From: Spirochaetia bacterium
Lineage (GTDB): Bacteria > Spirochaetota > Spirochaetia > UBA9216
Length of the DNA stretch: 64,000 bases
Reading direction: 5' to 3'
Assembly (NCBI GenBank): GCA_965140585.1
Contig: OZ223266.1
Span: 64,001 to 128,000 of the forward strand
Shown: piece after piece, positions 49,459 to 59,812 of the stretch
How positions within the stretch are numbered: position 1 is the first letter of the stretch
Layout of the letters: each line of letters opens with the position of its first letter
Made by a program: the position numbers and the translations under genes
Notes under the pieces: model-generated
Seen by the model: only the letters and a program-made list of their open reading frames with translations
What the model was told of the DNA's origin: nothing
Databases searched by the model: none

Positions 49459-51180
49459 ATGATGTTAAAATCCAGGCTTTTGACAGCTCTTGACCGCATT
49501 TTCTCTATACTTTTCGCTATTGCTATGGTTGCCTCCGTATTTCTTATTCACCGGATGTTCAAGATAAGCATGGAAAGCGAAGCCATGTCCCTTGCCCGTG
49601 ATATTGAATATTCGGTCATGCATGCAGCAACAAATGAATACAGAAGATATACACTTCTGGTTCAGTCCCTGAGAAATCTTGATCTTGAAGATCAGTCGGA
49701 TATAACTCTCAGGTCACAGCTTGAACGGATTTTTGAACTATATAATGATTCCGGTATAGATCCCTATCTTCTTGCAGCTATAAGTTATTCGCATGATAAC
49801 CGTGACGGTCTTACAACCTATTTTGACAGTGAAACTGAGACCTGGATAGAAAGACAGCATGATTCAGGACCTCCGAATCAGGACTGGCACCTGCTGTTTG
49901 TGTATAAACCCAATAGAGATGAAGAGCTGTCTATTTTTATTGATGTTGATATCAGGCTATTCATGGATAACTATGTAAAGGATGCGGTTGAATCTCAGCT
50001 TCCCGATTACAAGCTCGAATGGGTGTCTGCAGACGACAGCCGCGGAGAGAAGGCGCCGGACAGAAATAAAGATTTTAAATCCTCACGGTTCACATTTCAC
50101 CCTTTCCGGGCTCTTTTGGGTATAGAGACATCCGGCGATGCCCTGTTTGTTCCGATTCCGGGGATTCATGACAGTATAAATCTTTCCGGAGACCCGGCTT
50201 CACGACCCGAACCACAGGAGATGGATGAAAAGTTTATATTTTTTCCTATTGGATTCGGGCCTGTTTCCGAGAACGGACTCTTTCGGGAATCTGACTGGCA
50301 GTATGCAATAAAAATCAGATCTGAACATGGTTCATTTTATGCTGATCTTGAAAAACGCGCAGCAATCAACTTTTTTGCCAGTCTTATACTTTTACTCGGT
50401 GTCACCGCAGCCTTCTTTCTTGCACGTCATCAGGCCAGGCGGCTGAAAGGCATGCGGGAACGTGAACGTGAATTTGTAGCGTCTATTACTCATGAGCTTC
50501 GAACCCCTCTGACTGTTATTCAGGCGGCTGCTGATAATCTTTCCAATGGAATTATCCCGGCAGAAAGGCTTTCAAAATACAGCGAGATAATACAGCAGCA
50601 GTCCTTAAGACTGGGCGGGATGATAAACGAGATTCTTATGTTTTCAAATCTTGAGGCCGGAGGAAGTAAAAAGCCTGTCGGGACAGAGATTGATCTTGAA
50701 ACCATATTTGAAGGGCTCATGAAAGAGCTTGATACCATTACCTCCGCCGGAAAGATAAATCTTATCTGGGATGTTTCTGCACTTAAAGGCAGCTGTGTGA
50801 TAGTTGAAGAAACCCTGACCCTGGTTTTGCGTAATCTTGTGATGAATACAATTAATCATGCCTATGACGGAAACGGCGGTGACGTAAGAGTCAGCGGAAG
50901 GGTCAGGATTCCTGACGGACTGGTTTTTACTGTAGAGGATGACGGCCGCGGAATTGAAAGCCGTGAGCAGCGTCATGTTTTTGATCCGTTTTACAGAGAC
51001 TATGTAAGCAGAAGCCGTCAGGAAAAGGGAAGCGGTCTGGGACTGTTTCTTGCAAGACGGAAGGCTGTACTTGCAGGAGGCTCACTGAAACTTGAAAGCC
51101 CCTACCGGAGGATTAACGGCAGAAAGCAGCATGGCTGCCGGTTTGAATTTACAATTCCATGCAAATATAATCTTAAATAG
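49459..51180 (+). CDS. Sensor histidine kinase
   Basis: Two TMs, ITHELRTPL, NLVMN, VEDDGRGI and GSGLGL. Start placed at the ATG at 49459. Confidence 0.9.
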   Translation: MMLKSRLLTALDRIFSILFAIAMVASVFLIHRMFKISMESEAMSLARDIEYSVMHAATNEYRRYTLLVQSLRNLDLEDQSDITLRSQLERIFELYNDSGIDPYLLAAISYSHDNRDGLTTYFDSETETWIERQHDSGPPNQDWHLLFVYKPNRDEELSIFIDVDIRLFMDNYVKDAVESQLPDYKLEWVSADDSRGEKAPDRNKDFKSSRFTFHPFRALLGIETSGDALFVPIPGIHDSINLSGDPASRPEPQEMDEKFIFFPIGFGPVSENGLFRESDWQYAIKIRSEHGSFYADLEKRAAINFFASLILLLGVTAAFFLARHQARRLKGMREREREFVASITHELRTPLTVIQAAADNLSNGIIPAERLSKYSEIIQQQSLRLGGMINEILMFSNLEAGGSKKPVGTEIDLETIFEGLMKELDTITSAGKINLIWDVSALKGSCVIVEETLTLVLRNLVMNTINHAYDGNGGDVRVSGRVRIPDGLVFTVEDDGRGIESREQRHVFDPFYRDYVSRSRQEKGSGLGLFLARRKAVLAGGSLKLESPYRRINGRKQHGCRFEFTIPCKYNLK

Positions 51181-51188
51181 AGGACAAT

Positions 51189-51884
51189 ATGGCAGAGATT
51201 CTTATTATAGAAGATGAACCGGGAGTTCAGCTTACACTTGAAGATAGATTAAGAGCCGAAGGTTACGGTGTGACAATCAGAGATGACGGCATTCGCGGAG
51301 AAAATGAGGCGCTTAAGGGGACCTATTCACTTATCCTTCTTGATTTGATGCTGCCCGGCCGTGACGGCTTTACCATATGTCTTAACCTGAGAAAGGCCGG
51401 TATAAAAACTCCAATTCTGATGCTTACCGCCCGGGATACAAATCTTGATACGGTGATGGGGCTAAAGGTCGGTGCTGACGATTATCTGGCTAAACCCTTT
51501 GACATGTCAGTTCTGCTGGCCCGAATAGAAGCCCTGCTTAGGCGGTCAAAGGAGAACGGTGAAAATTTACCTTCTGCAAAACAGCTGAAGCAGGTGACTT
51601 TCGGCGAATTTATCCTCGATCTCAAGACCGGCAACCTTGAGAAAGGCGGCGAAACTATTGCGTTGAATGCCCAGGAGTACAGGCTTCTTGAGTACCTTGC
51701 AGTGAACAGCGGACGGATTCTCAGCCGTGATCTGATTCTGGATGATGTCTGGGGATACGGAAGTGAAACCTCAACCCGTACGGTCGATGTGCATGTTGCA
51801 AAACTCAGAAGCAAGCTGGGTGAACCGGAAATCCCCAGACATATAAAAACTTTCAGGGGCAGGGGATACCGCTTCGATCTTTAG
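51189..51884 (+). CDS. OmpR-family response regulator
   Basis: IIEDE, LLDLMLP, GADDYLAKPF, RTVDVHVAKLR and RGRGYRF motifs. Confidence 0.95.
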   Translation: MAEILIIEDEPGVQLTLEDRLRAEGYGVTIRDDGIRGENEALKGTYSLILLDLMLPGRDGFTICLNLRKAGIKTPILMLTARDTNLDTVMGLKVGADDYLAKPFDMSVLLARIEALLRRSKENGENLPSAKQLKQVTFGEFILDLKTGNLEKGGETIALNAQEYRLLEYLAVNSGRILSRDLILDDVWGYGSETSTRTVDVHVAKLRSKLGEPEIPRHIKTFRGRGYRFDL

Positions 51885-51885
51885 A

Positions 51886-52455
51886 TCATCCTGCCAGCCC
51901 AAGCTCTGCGGCGGCCGATTTCATGCCGTCAATTGTAAGTTTTATTACTTCCGACAGCTCCAGATCCAGCATAGCCGCTCCCTTTTCAATTATTGAGCGA
52001 TCAACCCCGGCTGCAAAGCGCTTGTCCTTCCACTTCTTTTTAACTGATTTTACTTCCATATCCAATACCGATTTGGATGGGCGGACAAGAGCTGTTGTGG
52101 TAACCAGGCCTGTAAGTTCATCGATGGTAAAAAGATATTTCTCCATTTTTTCAATCGGTTCAACATCCGAACAGATTCCCCATCCATGGGAAACTACAGC
52201 ATGTATGTAATCGTCCGGCCAGTCATTTTCTTTCATGATCTTTTCGGTCATACTGCAGTGTTGCTCTGGGAATCTTTCATAATCAAGATCGTGAATAAGA
52301 CCGATTATTCCCCATTTTTCAGTATCCTCACCTTCAAGTTCTGCAATGTGTCTCATCACCGCTTCCACTGCCAGAGCATGTTTATAAAGGCTATCCGTCT
52401 GATTATATTCTTTAAAAAGATTCAGGGCTTTTCCCCTGTCCGGAGTTATGGGCAT
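51886..52455 (-). CDS. HD-domain (HDIG-like) putative phosphohydrolase
   Basis: KHALAVE, IHDLDYE, SHG, DELTGL and FAAGVDR motifs. Confidence 0.85.
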   Translation of the reverse strand: MPITPDRGKALNLFKEYNQTDSLYKHALAVEAVMRHIAELEGEDTEKWGIIGLIHDLDYERFPEQHCSMTEKIMKENDWPDDYIHAVVSHGWGICSDVEPIEKMEKYLFTIDELTGLVTTTALVRPSKSVLDMEVKSVKKKWKDKRFAAGVDRSIIEKGAAMLDLELSEVIKLTIDGMKSAAAELGLAG

Positions 52456-52605
52456 AGCAGCCTCCTTTAAGAGCTGGAATTATAATTAGATTTTAACATA
52501 ACTTTTAAGCAATTGTAAAAATAAGCAGCAACAATTTCAGCCTAGCTTGACAAGTTATTTTGGGAGATTTATCCTTAGGGAAATGAAAAAAAGTATGAGA
52601 CTTAA

Positions 52606-54513
52606 ATGCAGTTAGATGAAATTAACTTTCTAAATCACTTTTCCGATCTCCGGGTAAAAACGGATCCCGGTGGATGTTTCGTGCAGATAAATAATGTTTT
52701 TGAAGATGTTCTGGGATATACAAACGCTGAGCTTTCAGGTACTCCGGTGACCAATCTTTTTCATCCTGAAGATACCATCCCTCCCCGACATGAAATAGAC
52801 GAACTGAAATACGGAAATACGCGAAAAGTTTTTCTCAATCGCGTCAGGGATAAGTCTGGAAATTATCATTATATCGAATGGGTCTTTTTACCAGATGAAA
52901 AGGGATATTTTCTTGCTTCAGGCCGTGATGTTTCAGAGAGAAAACAGATCGAACTCGAAAAGAGAAGAACTGAAGAATTCTTTGATATTATCGATGCCTG
53001 TATTTCGGTTAATGAATTACTGAGGCAGGCTCTTTCATTTATAAAAGATAACTACGGCTTTGATGCACTTGCAGTAAGACTCCAGGCAAATGATGGATAT
53101 CCCTACGCCTGCAGTATAGGTTTTAATGAAGATTTTCTTGAGAAAGAAAGCATGATTCATATCGGCAATTCTTCAATTAAAAAGAAATGTTTCTGCACAA
53201 TGGTTATTTCCGGCATTCAGGATGATTTCCCCTCCTGTTTTACCAGACACGGCAGTTTTTATACAGGCAGTTTAAAAGACCTCATAGAAGAAAAAGGCGA
53301 AACCGGAACAATATCCTGTCTGCGCAGTGAATGTAATGAAAATGGTTATGAAACAATAATTATTCTTCCATTGAGAATCGGTACAGAGAAAATAGGCCTT
53401 ATTCAGTTGAATGACAGGAGGAAAGATCTTGTTTCTGCAGAATCTCTCCGGTATCTGGAAAGATTGTCGAATACACTTGCAGTAGCTGTATCAAGAATTA
53501 AAAAAAGCCAAGAACTTCTCGAGAGTGAAAAGCATCTTCAAACCGCACAGAAAATAGCCGGAGTAGGAAGCTGGGTTCTTGATCCCGAATCAATGTTTTT
53601 TTCAGCATCTGATGAGATGAAAAAAATCATTGGGTATAAACCGCAGAATAAGAGGCAGATACATTGGTCAGAGATACTTGAAGGTATTGATGATTCCGAT
53701 CGTGCTCCGGTGGAGAAAGCGATGTATGATATTATCGGGGGCTCAAATCCTCCGAGCGTATCTTTCGGGTTTACAACTCCCGATCAGCGTCACATATATA
53801 TTAAAGCTGATGCCGAGTTATTCAAATCGGATATTATCGGCAGAGTCAGGGTATTCGGTACAGGTCTTGATATAACCCGGATGAAAGAAAATGAAGCTGA
53901 AATTACAAGACTGCTTAAAGAGAAGGATATCCTTCTGAAAGAAGTTCATCACAGGGTCAAGAATGATATGAATACAGTCAAGGGAATGCTTGCCATGAAT
54001 GCCTTTAACCTAAAGGAGTCGAGCGCCCGTGAAATGATGAAGACAGCCGAAAGCCGTATTCTCAGTATGATGGTTCTCTATGACAGGCTTTATAAGGGCT
54101 CAAATCTAAAATCACTGAACATCCGCGAATATCTTGAAAGTCTGCTCACCGAGATTTCGGGTCTGCATCAGACTCAGGTTTCAGTGGATGTATCTTCAGA
54201 TGATATCATTCTTCCTGTTAAAACAGTAACACCGATAGGGATAATAATAAACGAGCTTTATGCCAATACCATGAAATATGCTTTTGACAGGCAGAACGGT
54301 AACCATGCCGGGATCTCGGTGTCCCTTGCAAACAGGGATGGGTATGGAATACTGAATTACAGCGATAATGGACGCGGGTACTCTATCGATAATCAAAGTG
54401 AAGGATTCGGATTAAAACTTCTTGATATGCTTGTTAAGCAGATACGCGGCAGCTACGAAATCACTAGTGAAAATGGTGCTTCTGTGAGTATCAGTTTTCC
54501 AATTCAGGAATAA
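52606..54513 (+). CDS. Cytoplasmic PAS-GAF-PAS histidine kinase (HisKA_2 type)
   Basis: FHPED PAS domain, a Cys-rich GAF domain, LKEVHHRVKN, INEL..N..KYAF and DNGRG. Confidence 0.88.
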   Translation: MQLDEINFLNHFSDLRVKTDPGGCFVQINNVFEDVLGYTNAELSGTPVTNLFHPEDTIPPRHEIDELKYGNTRKVFLNRVRDKSGNYHYIEWVFLPDEKGYFLASGRDVSERKQIELEKRRTEEFFDIIDACISVNELLRQALSFIKDNYGFDALAVRLQANDGYPYACSIGFNEDFLEKESMIHIGNSSIKKKCFCTMVISGIQDDFPSCFTRHGSFYTGSLKDLIEEKGETGTISCLRSECNENGYETIIILPLRIGTEKIGLIQLNDRRKDLVSAESLRYLERLSNTLAVAVSRIKKSQELLESEKHLQTAQKIAGVGSWVLDPESMFFSASDEMKKIIGYKPQNKRQIHWSEILEGIDDSDRAPVEKAMYDIIGGSNPPSVSFGFTTPDQRHIYIKADAELFKSDIIGRVRVFGTGLDITRMKENEAEITRLLKEKDILLKEVHHRVKNDMNTVKGMLAMNAFNLKESSAREMMKTAESRILSMMVLYDRLYKGSNLKSLNIREYLESLLTEISGLHQTQVSVDVSSDDIILPVKTVTPIGIIINELYANTMKYAFDRQNGNHAGISVSLANRDGYGILNYSDNGRGYSIDNQSEGFGLKLLDMLVKQIRGSYEITSENGASVSISFPIQE

Positions 54514-54605
54514 AAAAGCCGGACAGAATTTATTCCCGCCAGGCTGTTAATGTTTTATTTGTTGAGGCAATTTCAAAACAAACCGAGTTTTGAAAGAAGC
54601 TCTGT

Positions 54606-55052
54606 TTACTGATTTATCTGTCTGATATACCAGTCTGCTGCGTCAAGATCGTATATTTCATCAATTAAATAATTTCCTGAAGCTTCCTGGTACATGACGA
54701 ATTGAAGGTTTGTTGTACCTACGACCACGTCGTTAACTGATTTAACCATCGTTACAGATACATCGAGAGGATCGCTGGAGTCCATGACCGTCAATGCAAA
54801 ATCAGCTTCAGGGTCAAATAAGTCATCCCAGAAGGTTATGACCTCCGCATTCTCCCTGTTGATCATTTTAGATTCAGGTGCAAAGTGAAGCAGTATTGCA
54901 TCGGCTGTTCGATCTTCTGAATTGATTGTAATTGTGAATGCTACAATTCTTTCGTTAACCGACATGGGCATAAGCATCCCGAGCAATCCATCGCATGAGA
55001 ATGACAGTGCTACTATCAGTGCAGTCAATAATATTATTACTTTCCGTTTCAT
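54606..55052 (-). CDS. Hypothetical lipoprotein
   Basis: Lipobox LSFS-C; RBS AGGAG. Confidence 0.7.
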   Translation of the reverse strand: MKRKVIILLTALIVALSFSCDGLLGMLMPMSVNERIVAFTITINSEDRTADAILLHFAPESKMINRENAEVITFWDDLFDPEADFALTVMDSSDPLDVSVTMVKSVNDVVVGTTNLQFVMYQEASGNYLIDEIYDLDAADWYIRQINQ

Positions 55053-55067
55053 TTGTTTCTCCTTTAC

Positions 55068-56096
55068 TTAATAATCTGAGTCTATAAGATAATCTTCGGT
55101 TCTTGATTCAAATACAGTTACGACACCCTGATATTCGTTCAGGAAATCCCTGTATATGCTGTCATCAGTATTTCTGATATATGCTGTTTTCATTCTTAAA
55201 TAGAAGGCTCCAATTACATGCTGTCTCATGGAAAGAGCAGACAGGGCGTGATGCCTGTAATTGATAACCATTTTGGAAGATGATATTTCAAGAGGTTTCA
55301 GCTCTTCAGATTCAAGAGTTTTTGCCTCTTCAACCTTTCCGTCTTTTATAAGTGCTTTCTGTTTTTCACGCAGTCTGTTTACTTCAGCTGAGGCCTCTTC
55401 ATGCATCTTTCCCCATTCTTCCATCTCATCAAGCATCTTTAAAAGACTGGTGTTCATATTGCGAAGAGCTGAGACCGGTTCGGCCATCATTGAATCGATC
55501 TTCGAGGCGTTCCAGGCTGAAAAATCAATCTTGCCCTCAAATACATCAAACTTGTCGCCGAGCCTTCCTTCGGCAGACATTTCAACACCTTCGTTTCCGG
55601 CAAGGTAAACACTGCTTTCTGTGCCGAATACTTCCACGGCGCCTGAATCAACAGTGATTAGAGATGAACCGTCCGCACCGGCATATACGGTAAACTCCGT
55701 CCCTCGGACTCCCGCAACTGCAGAGGGTGTAGAAATAAGCGGCTCCTGGGTCATCATATTGAACTTGAACATTACCTGACCTATTGTGGTTGCCGCTACA
55801 CTCTGCTTATTCCCGTCTACATTACGTTCGCTTAATGAAAATACAGTGTCAGGTGTGATGATTATTCTGCTTCCCTGCTGCGGTTCGAGTTCGGCGGTTC
55901 CGTCTTCTCCGGTAATGACTGTATCTCCGGAAACCAGGTGATCGCCGATAAACAGTTCATATATATCGCCTCTGCTGTCTTTCATATCGACCCATCCGTC
56001 AACATAAACAACATCAGATTCCTGTGCCAAAATGCTGCCTGCTGATGCTATAAGCAGTATTACCGAGGTAATTGTTAAAAATCCGAACCTTTTCAT
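55068..56096 (-). CDS. Exported FecR-domain protein with a C-terminal helical domain
   Basis: GDTVITG..G.AEL, TPSAVAGVRGTEF and V.SGAVEV motifs; signal peptide. Confidence 0.85.
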   Translation of the reverse strand: MKRFGFLTITSVILLIASAGSILAQESDVVYVDGWVDMKDSRGDIYELFIGDHLVSGDTVITGEDGTAELEPQQGSRIIITPDTVFSLSERNVDGNKQSVAATTIGQVMFKFNMMTQEPLISTPSAVAGVRGTEFTVYAGADGSSLITVDSGAVEVFGTESSVYLAGNEGVEMSAEGRLGDKFDVFEGKIDFSAWNASKIDSMMAEPVSALRNMNTSLLKMLDEMEEWGKMHEEASAEVNRLREKQKALIKDGKVEEAKTLESEELKPLEISSSKMVINYRHHALSALSMRQHVIGAFYLRMKTAYIRNTDDSIYRDFLNEYQGVVTVFESRTEDYLIDSDY

Positions 56097-56554
56097 CTTA
56101 CCGGTCCTCCCCAGGCATAAATCTTTACAGCTCCTTCATCATCTTTCCCTGTAAGCAGATAGACAGTTCCGGCCTCGCATCCTATTTCCGCAAGCTTTGC
56201 TTTTCCGTCAGGATATTTCTGCAGGAATATCTCGGCTGCCTTTGATTCCGACGGCCATCGTCCTGTTCCCGGCATGAACTTTTCAACGGATAAAAGAACC
56301 GGATTCTCTATCTTGAAACCGGCAGAGATTAGTCCGTTCCAGAACATGCTGCCCAGCTGTGCCCCCGGCAGAACCTCTCCGTCGACCAGAAGGGGGTCGG
56401 AACACATTGAAATTAAAATGTCGCTTTCTCCGCTGTTTATCATTCCGATAATTTCGTTAATCTCGCTGCCGCTCACTCCGCCCATGGACGCGCATCCGGA
56501 TAATATAACAATAATTAGAAGTGATAGTGTTACTAACAGTCTTTTTTGTTTCAT
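56093..56554 (-). CDS. Hypothetical lipoprotein
   Basis: Lipobox LSG-C. Its stop overlaps the start of the FecR gene. Confidence 0.7.
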   Translation of the reverse strand: MKQKRLLVTLSLLIIVILSGCASMGGVSGSEINEIIGMINSGESDILISMCSDPLLVDGEVLPGAQLGSMFWNGLISAGFKIENPVLLSVEKFMPGTGRWPSESKAAEIFLQKYPDGKAKLAEIGCEAGTVYLLTGKDDEGAVKIYAWGGPVR

Positions 56555-56677
56555 AGAGAAAAGTATAACCCTTTTGATTTGAATTAGCCAGAAAGTAATG
56601 ACAGACAGGGCTTTGCTTCTGCTATATAATTATTTCTGTACTGTCATTTAAATTCATAATATTAAAAAGGACACAAT

Positions 56678-57154
56678 TTGGCTTCAATTGCTGATTCAGA
56701 AAAAAGAATAAAACTATTACTGTTATGCGCCCTGTTGTTTTTACCGGCAGCGGGAAATGCAGTCTGCATGTCAACCGACCTCAGCCTTGGTGTGAATGTT
56801 GATGTGACTCCCTATGGTATCGAGATTATTCAGCCGGGTGCGGCGGTTCATCTGTGGTTTGACGGCAGCTCTGCGTTCTGTCCCGGGCTGTCAGCAGAGT
56901 TTTACTACCGGCAGGAAAGATTTGATATGGCCTTTAATCTGATCGGCCGATATGATTTTAACGATGCTTCAGCTTTCGCAGGCCTGGGGCTGGTCTATGA
57001 GCTGACTGAATCATCTTATGTTTATCCGGAAGCAGAGCTGGGAGCAAGGTTTGTTTTTGCCGATTTGTTCACGATCAGCCCGCTGCTATCCGTAAGAGTT
57101 AAACCCCATGATACAGATACTGATCTCAGGCTTCTGGCCGGACTAACTTTTTAG
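56678..57154 (+). CDS. Hypothetical exported protein, possibly a small outer-membrane beta-barrel
   Basis: Signal peptide, amphipathic strands and a terminal AGLTF. Confidence 0.55.
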   Translation: MASIADSEKRIKLLLLCALLFLPAAGNAVCMSTDLSLGVNVDVTPYGIEIIQPGAAVHLWFDGSSAFCPGLSAEFYYRQERFDMAFNLIGRYDFNDASAFAGLGLVYELTESSYVYPEAELGARFVFADLFTISPLLSVRVKPHDTDTDLRLLAGLTF

Positions 57155-57219
57155 TCGAAAATACTTGATTAAATAGGTAATAAATATATATACTACTAAA
57201 AGGGTAATTAAGGTAGAGT

Positions 57220-57666
57220 ATGAAACTATCAACAAGAAGCAGATACGGATTAAGATTTTTAACGGAGCTTGCCTCAAGAAATACCAATGAACCCGTCTTC
57301 CTCGGGGATATTGCCAAAAAGCAGGATATCTCTGAGAAATATCTGAGCAAGCTTGTCATTCCGCTGCGGACAGCGGGGATTTTGACTTCGGTCAGGGGAA
57401 CACACGGCGGCTATATGCTTTCGAAAGTTCCTTCCGCAGTAACTGTCCGTGAAATTGTAGAAGCTCTTGAGGGCGGGCTACAGGTTGTTGAATGTTCAAA
57501 TTCAAAAGAAGACTGCAGCAGGCTTCCCGGCTGTGCCGTTTCCGAAATATGGGAAGGGCTGAATAATGTTATATTCGATTACCTTGAAGACATTACGCTT
57601 GAGAGCGTTGTTAGGCGATATAAAGAAAAGCAGCGTGAAACGCTGCCTTTTGTGTATGAAATTTAG
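57220..57666 (+). CDS. Rrf2 family regulator (IscR/CymR-like) with three Cys
   Basis: MKLSTRSRYG, ISEKYL, SVRG..GGY and C-x6-C-x5-C motifs. Confidence 0.92.
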   Translation: MKLSTRSRYGLRFLTELASRNTNEPVFLGDIAKKQDISEKYLSKLVIPLRTAGILTSVRGTHGGYMLSKVPSAVTVREIVEALEGGLQVVECSNSKEDCSRLPGCAVSEIWEGLNNVIFDYLEDITLESVVRRYKEKQRETLPFVYEI

Positions 57667-57680
57667 GAGACAGCAGACTG

Positions 57681-58745
57681 ATGAAGATAGCGGTGGGCCT
57701 TTCCGGCGGGATAGATTCCGCGGTTGCATGCGCCATTCTTAAGAATGAGGGACATGATGTAACAGCGGTGATGATGACTCTGTGGGACGGTGAATACCGT
57801 AAAACGGGTAAACATGCCTGCTTCGGGCCGGATGAACAGGAAGAGGTAGACAAGGCGGCTGAAATAGCGGAGTTTATAGGCGTGCCCTTTGTGACTCTCG
57901 ACTGTTCGAAGGAATACAAATCCTCTATTCTTGAATATGTAAAACGGGAATACCGCTCGGGCCGGACTCCCAATCCCTGTGTGAAATGCAACCACGAAAT
58001 GAAATTCGGACTTCTACCCGAACTTGTAAGAAGCAGGGGACTCGATTTTGACCGATTTGCTACCGGTCACTATGTACGTACTGAATATGATCCGGCCACA
58101 GGACGGTACAGTCTACTAAGGGGAAAGGATCCCAAAAAAGACCAGAGCTACTTTCTATACCGGCTTTCACAGAGGCAGCTGTCCGAATCAATGTTTCCGC
58201 TGGGAATGACGACAAAGATAAAGGTTCGTGCTCTGGCCGCGGAATTAGGTCTGCCTGTAGCTGATATTCCTGAAAGCCAGGATTTTTATTCAGGCGATAT
58301 GGCTGATATAATAGGGGAAGAACCCTCCGGTGATATCGTAGATAAAACAGGCAGAGTTCTGGGCAGGCATCGCGGGATCAGCAAGTTTACAATAGGACAG
58401 CGTAAGGGGCTTGGAATATCCTCATGTGAACCCCTCTATGTCACAGGAATTGATTCGCAGGAAAACAGGATAATAGTAGGTTCATCTGAAGAAGCTGTTA
58501 AAAGCCAATTCACAACTTATGATACTGTATTTTCTTCCGTAGAGAATATTTCCGGATATATCAATGTTTCTGCAAAAATTCGTTCCGCAGGAAACGAGTA
58601 CCCGGCAGTAATCTCGCTGACTGAAGTTCCCGGAGTTCTGAATGTGTCTGCAGAGTCAGGCTTGTTTGCAGTTACTCCCGGACAGTCTGCGGTTTTTTAT
58701 AAGGATGATAAGGTGCTTTGCGGCGGGGTGATCAACCCTGCATAA
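57681..58745 (+). CDS. mnmA: tRNA 2-thiouridylase MnmA family
   Basis: SGGIDS, GRTPNPCVKCN, ATGHY, KDQSYFL, TIGQRKGL and VTPGQSAVFY motifs. Confidence 0.9.
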   Translation: MKIAVGLSGGIDSAVACAILKNEGHDVTAVMMTLWDGEYRKTGKHACFGPDEQEEVDKAAEIAEFIGVPFVTLDCSKEYKSSILEYVKREYRSGRTPNPCVKCNHEMKFGLLPELVRSRGLDFDRFATGHYVRTEYDPATGRYSLLRGKDPKKDQSYFLYRLSQRQLSESMFPLGMTTKIKVRALAAELGLPVADIPESQDFYSGDMADIIGEEPSGDIVDKTGRVLGRHRGISKFTIGQRKGLGISSCEPLYVTGIDSQENRIIVGSSEEAVKSQFTTYDTVFSSVENISGYINVSAKIRSAGNEYPAVISLTEVPGVLNVSAESGLFAVTPGQSAVFYKDDKVLCGGVINPA

Positions 58746-58798
58746 TTTTTATGTATGATATACTGCCAAAAAGGTCTAATAGGTAGATAGGAGATGTT

Positions 58799-59722
58799 AT
58801 GGCAATTTATAATAATTTAACTGAATTAATAGGCAATACGCCTCTGGTACGGCTGAACAAGCTTACAGAAGGACTCAAGGCTGAGGTTATAGTGAAGCTT
58901 GAATCTTTTAATCCTTTCTCAAGTGTGAAGGACAGAATCGGGTTTGCACTGATTGAAGATGCTGAAAAGCAGGGGCTTTTAAACTCTGACAGTGTTATTA
59001 TTGAACCAACGAGCGGTAATACCGGTATTGCACTCGCTTTCATATCGGCAGTAAAGGGCTACAGAGTCATTCTTACAATGCCCGACACCATGAGTATTGA
59101 GAGACGCAAGCTTTTAAAAAGTCTGGGTGCTGAACTTGTGCTTACTCCGGGAGCTCAGGGTATGAACGGGGCCATCCTCCGCTCTGAAGAGTTAGCCCGG
59201 CAATATCCAAACTCTTTTATACCGGGGCAGTTTAAAAACCCGGCAAATCCGGATTTCCATTTTCATACAACCGCAGAAGAAATCTGGAAAGATACCGGAG
59301 GTGAACTTGATATCTTTGTGGCCGGTGTCGGCACCGGCGGTACGATTAGCGGAGTAGGGCGAGGGCTGAAGAAGCATCGAGCTGATATTAAGATTGTAGC
59401 CGTTGAGCCTGACTCTTCACCTGTCATTTCAGGCGGCAGTCCCGGACCTCATAAAATACAGGGAATTGGTGCCGGATTTATTCCAACTAATCTTGATACA
59501 TCAGTAATTGATAATATTATTCGTGTTACCGATTCAGAGGCAGGAGAAACAGCCCGGAGACTTGCTAAAAATGAAGGTATTCTTGCAGGAATCTCATCGG
59601 GGGCTGCTCTCTCTGCGGCATTAAAGCTGGCTGACCAGGACGGGAATGAAGGAAAACGGATAGTTGTTCTTCTTCCGGATACCGGAGAACGCTATCTGTC
59701 TACCTGGCTTTTTGAGGAATAA
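58799..59722 (+). CDS. cysK: Cysteine synthase A
   Basis: [36 protein letters not shown] and [10 protein letters not shown] motifs. Confidence 0.95.
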   Translation: MAIYNNLTELIGNTPLVRLNKLTEGLKAEVIVKLESFNPFSSVKDRIGFALIEDAEKQGLLNSDSVIIEPTSGNTGIALAFISAVKGYRVILTMPDTMSIERRKLLKSLGAELVLTPGAQGMNGAILRSEELARQYPNSFIPGQFKNPANPDFHFHTTAEEIWKDTGGELDIFVAGVGTGGTISGVGRGLKKHRADIKIVAVEPDSSPVISGGSPGPHKIQGIGAGFIPTNLDTSVIDNIIRVTDSEAGETARRLAKNEGILAGISSGAALSAALKLADQDGNEGKRIVVLLPDTGERYLSTWLFEE

Positions 59723-59812
59723 TATTTCTCCCTTTCTTGACTATATATAGAAATAAATATATATTAAACCATGTTGATATGGCAGGGTTTAATTTCAGAG
59801 GAGGGGGATACC

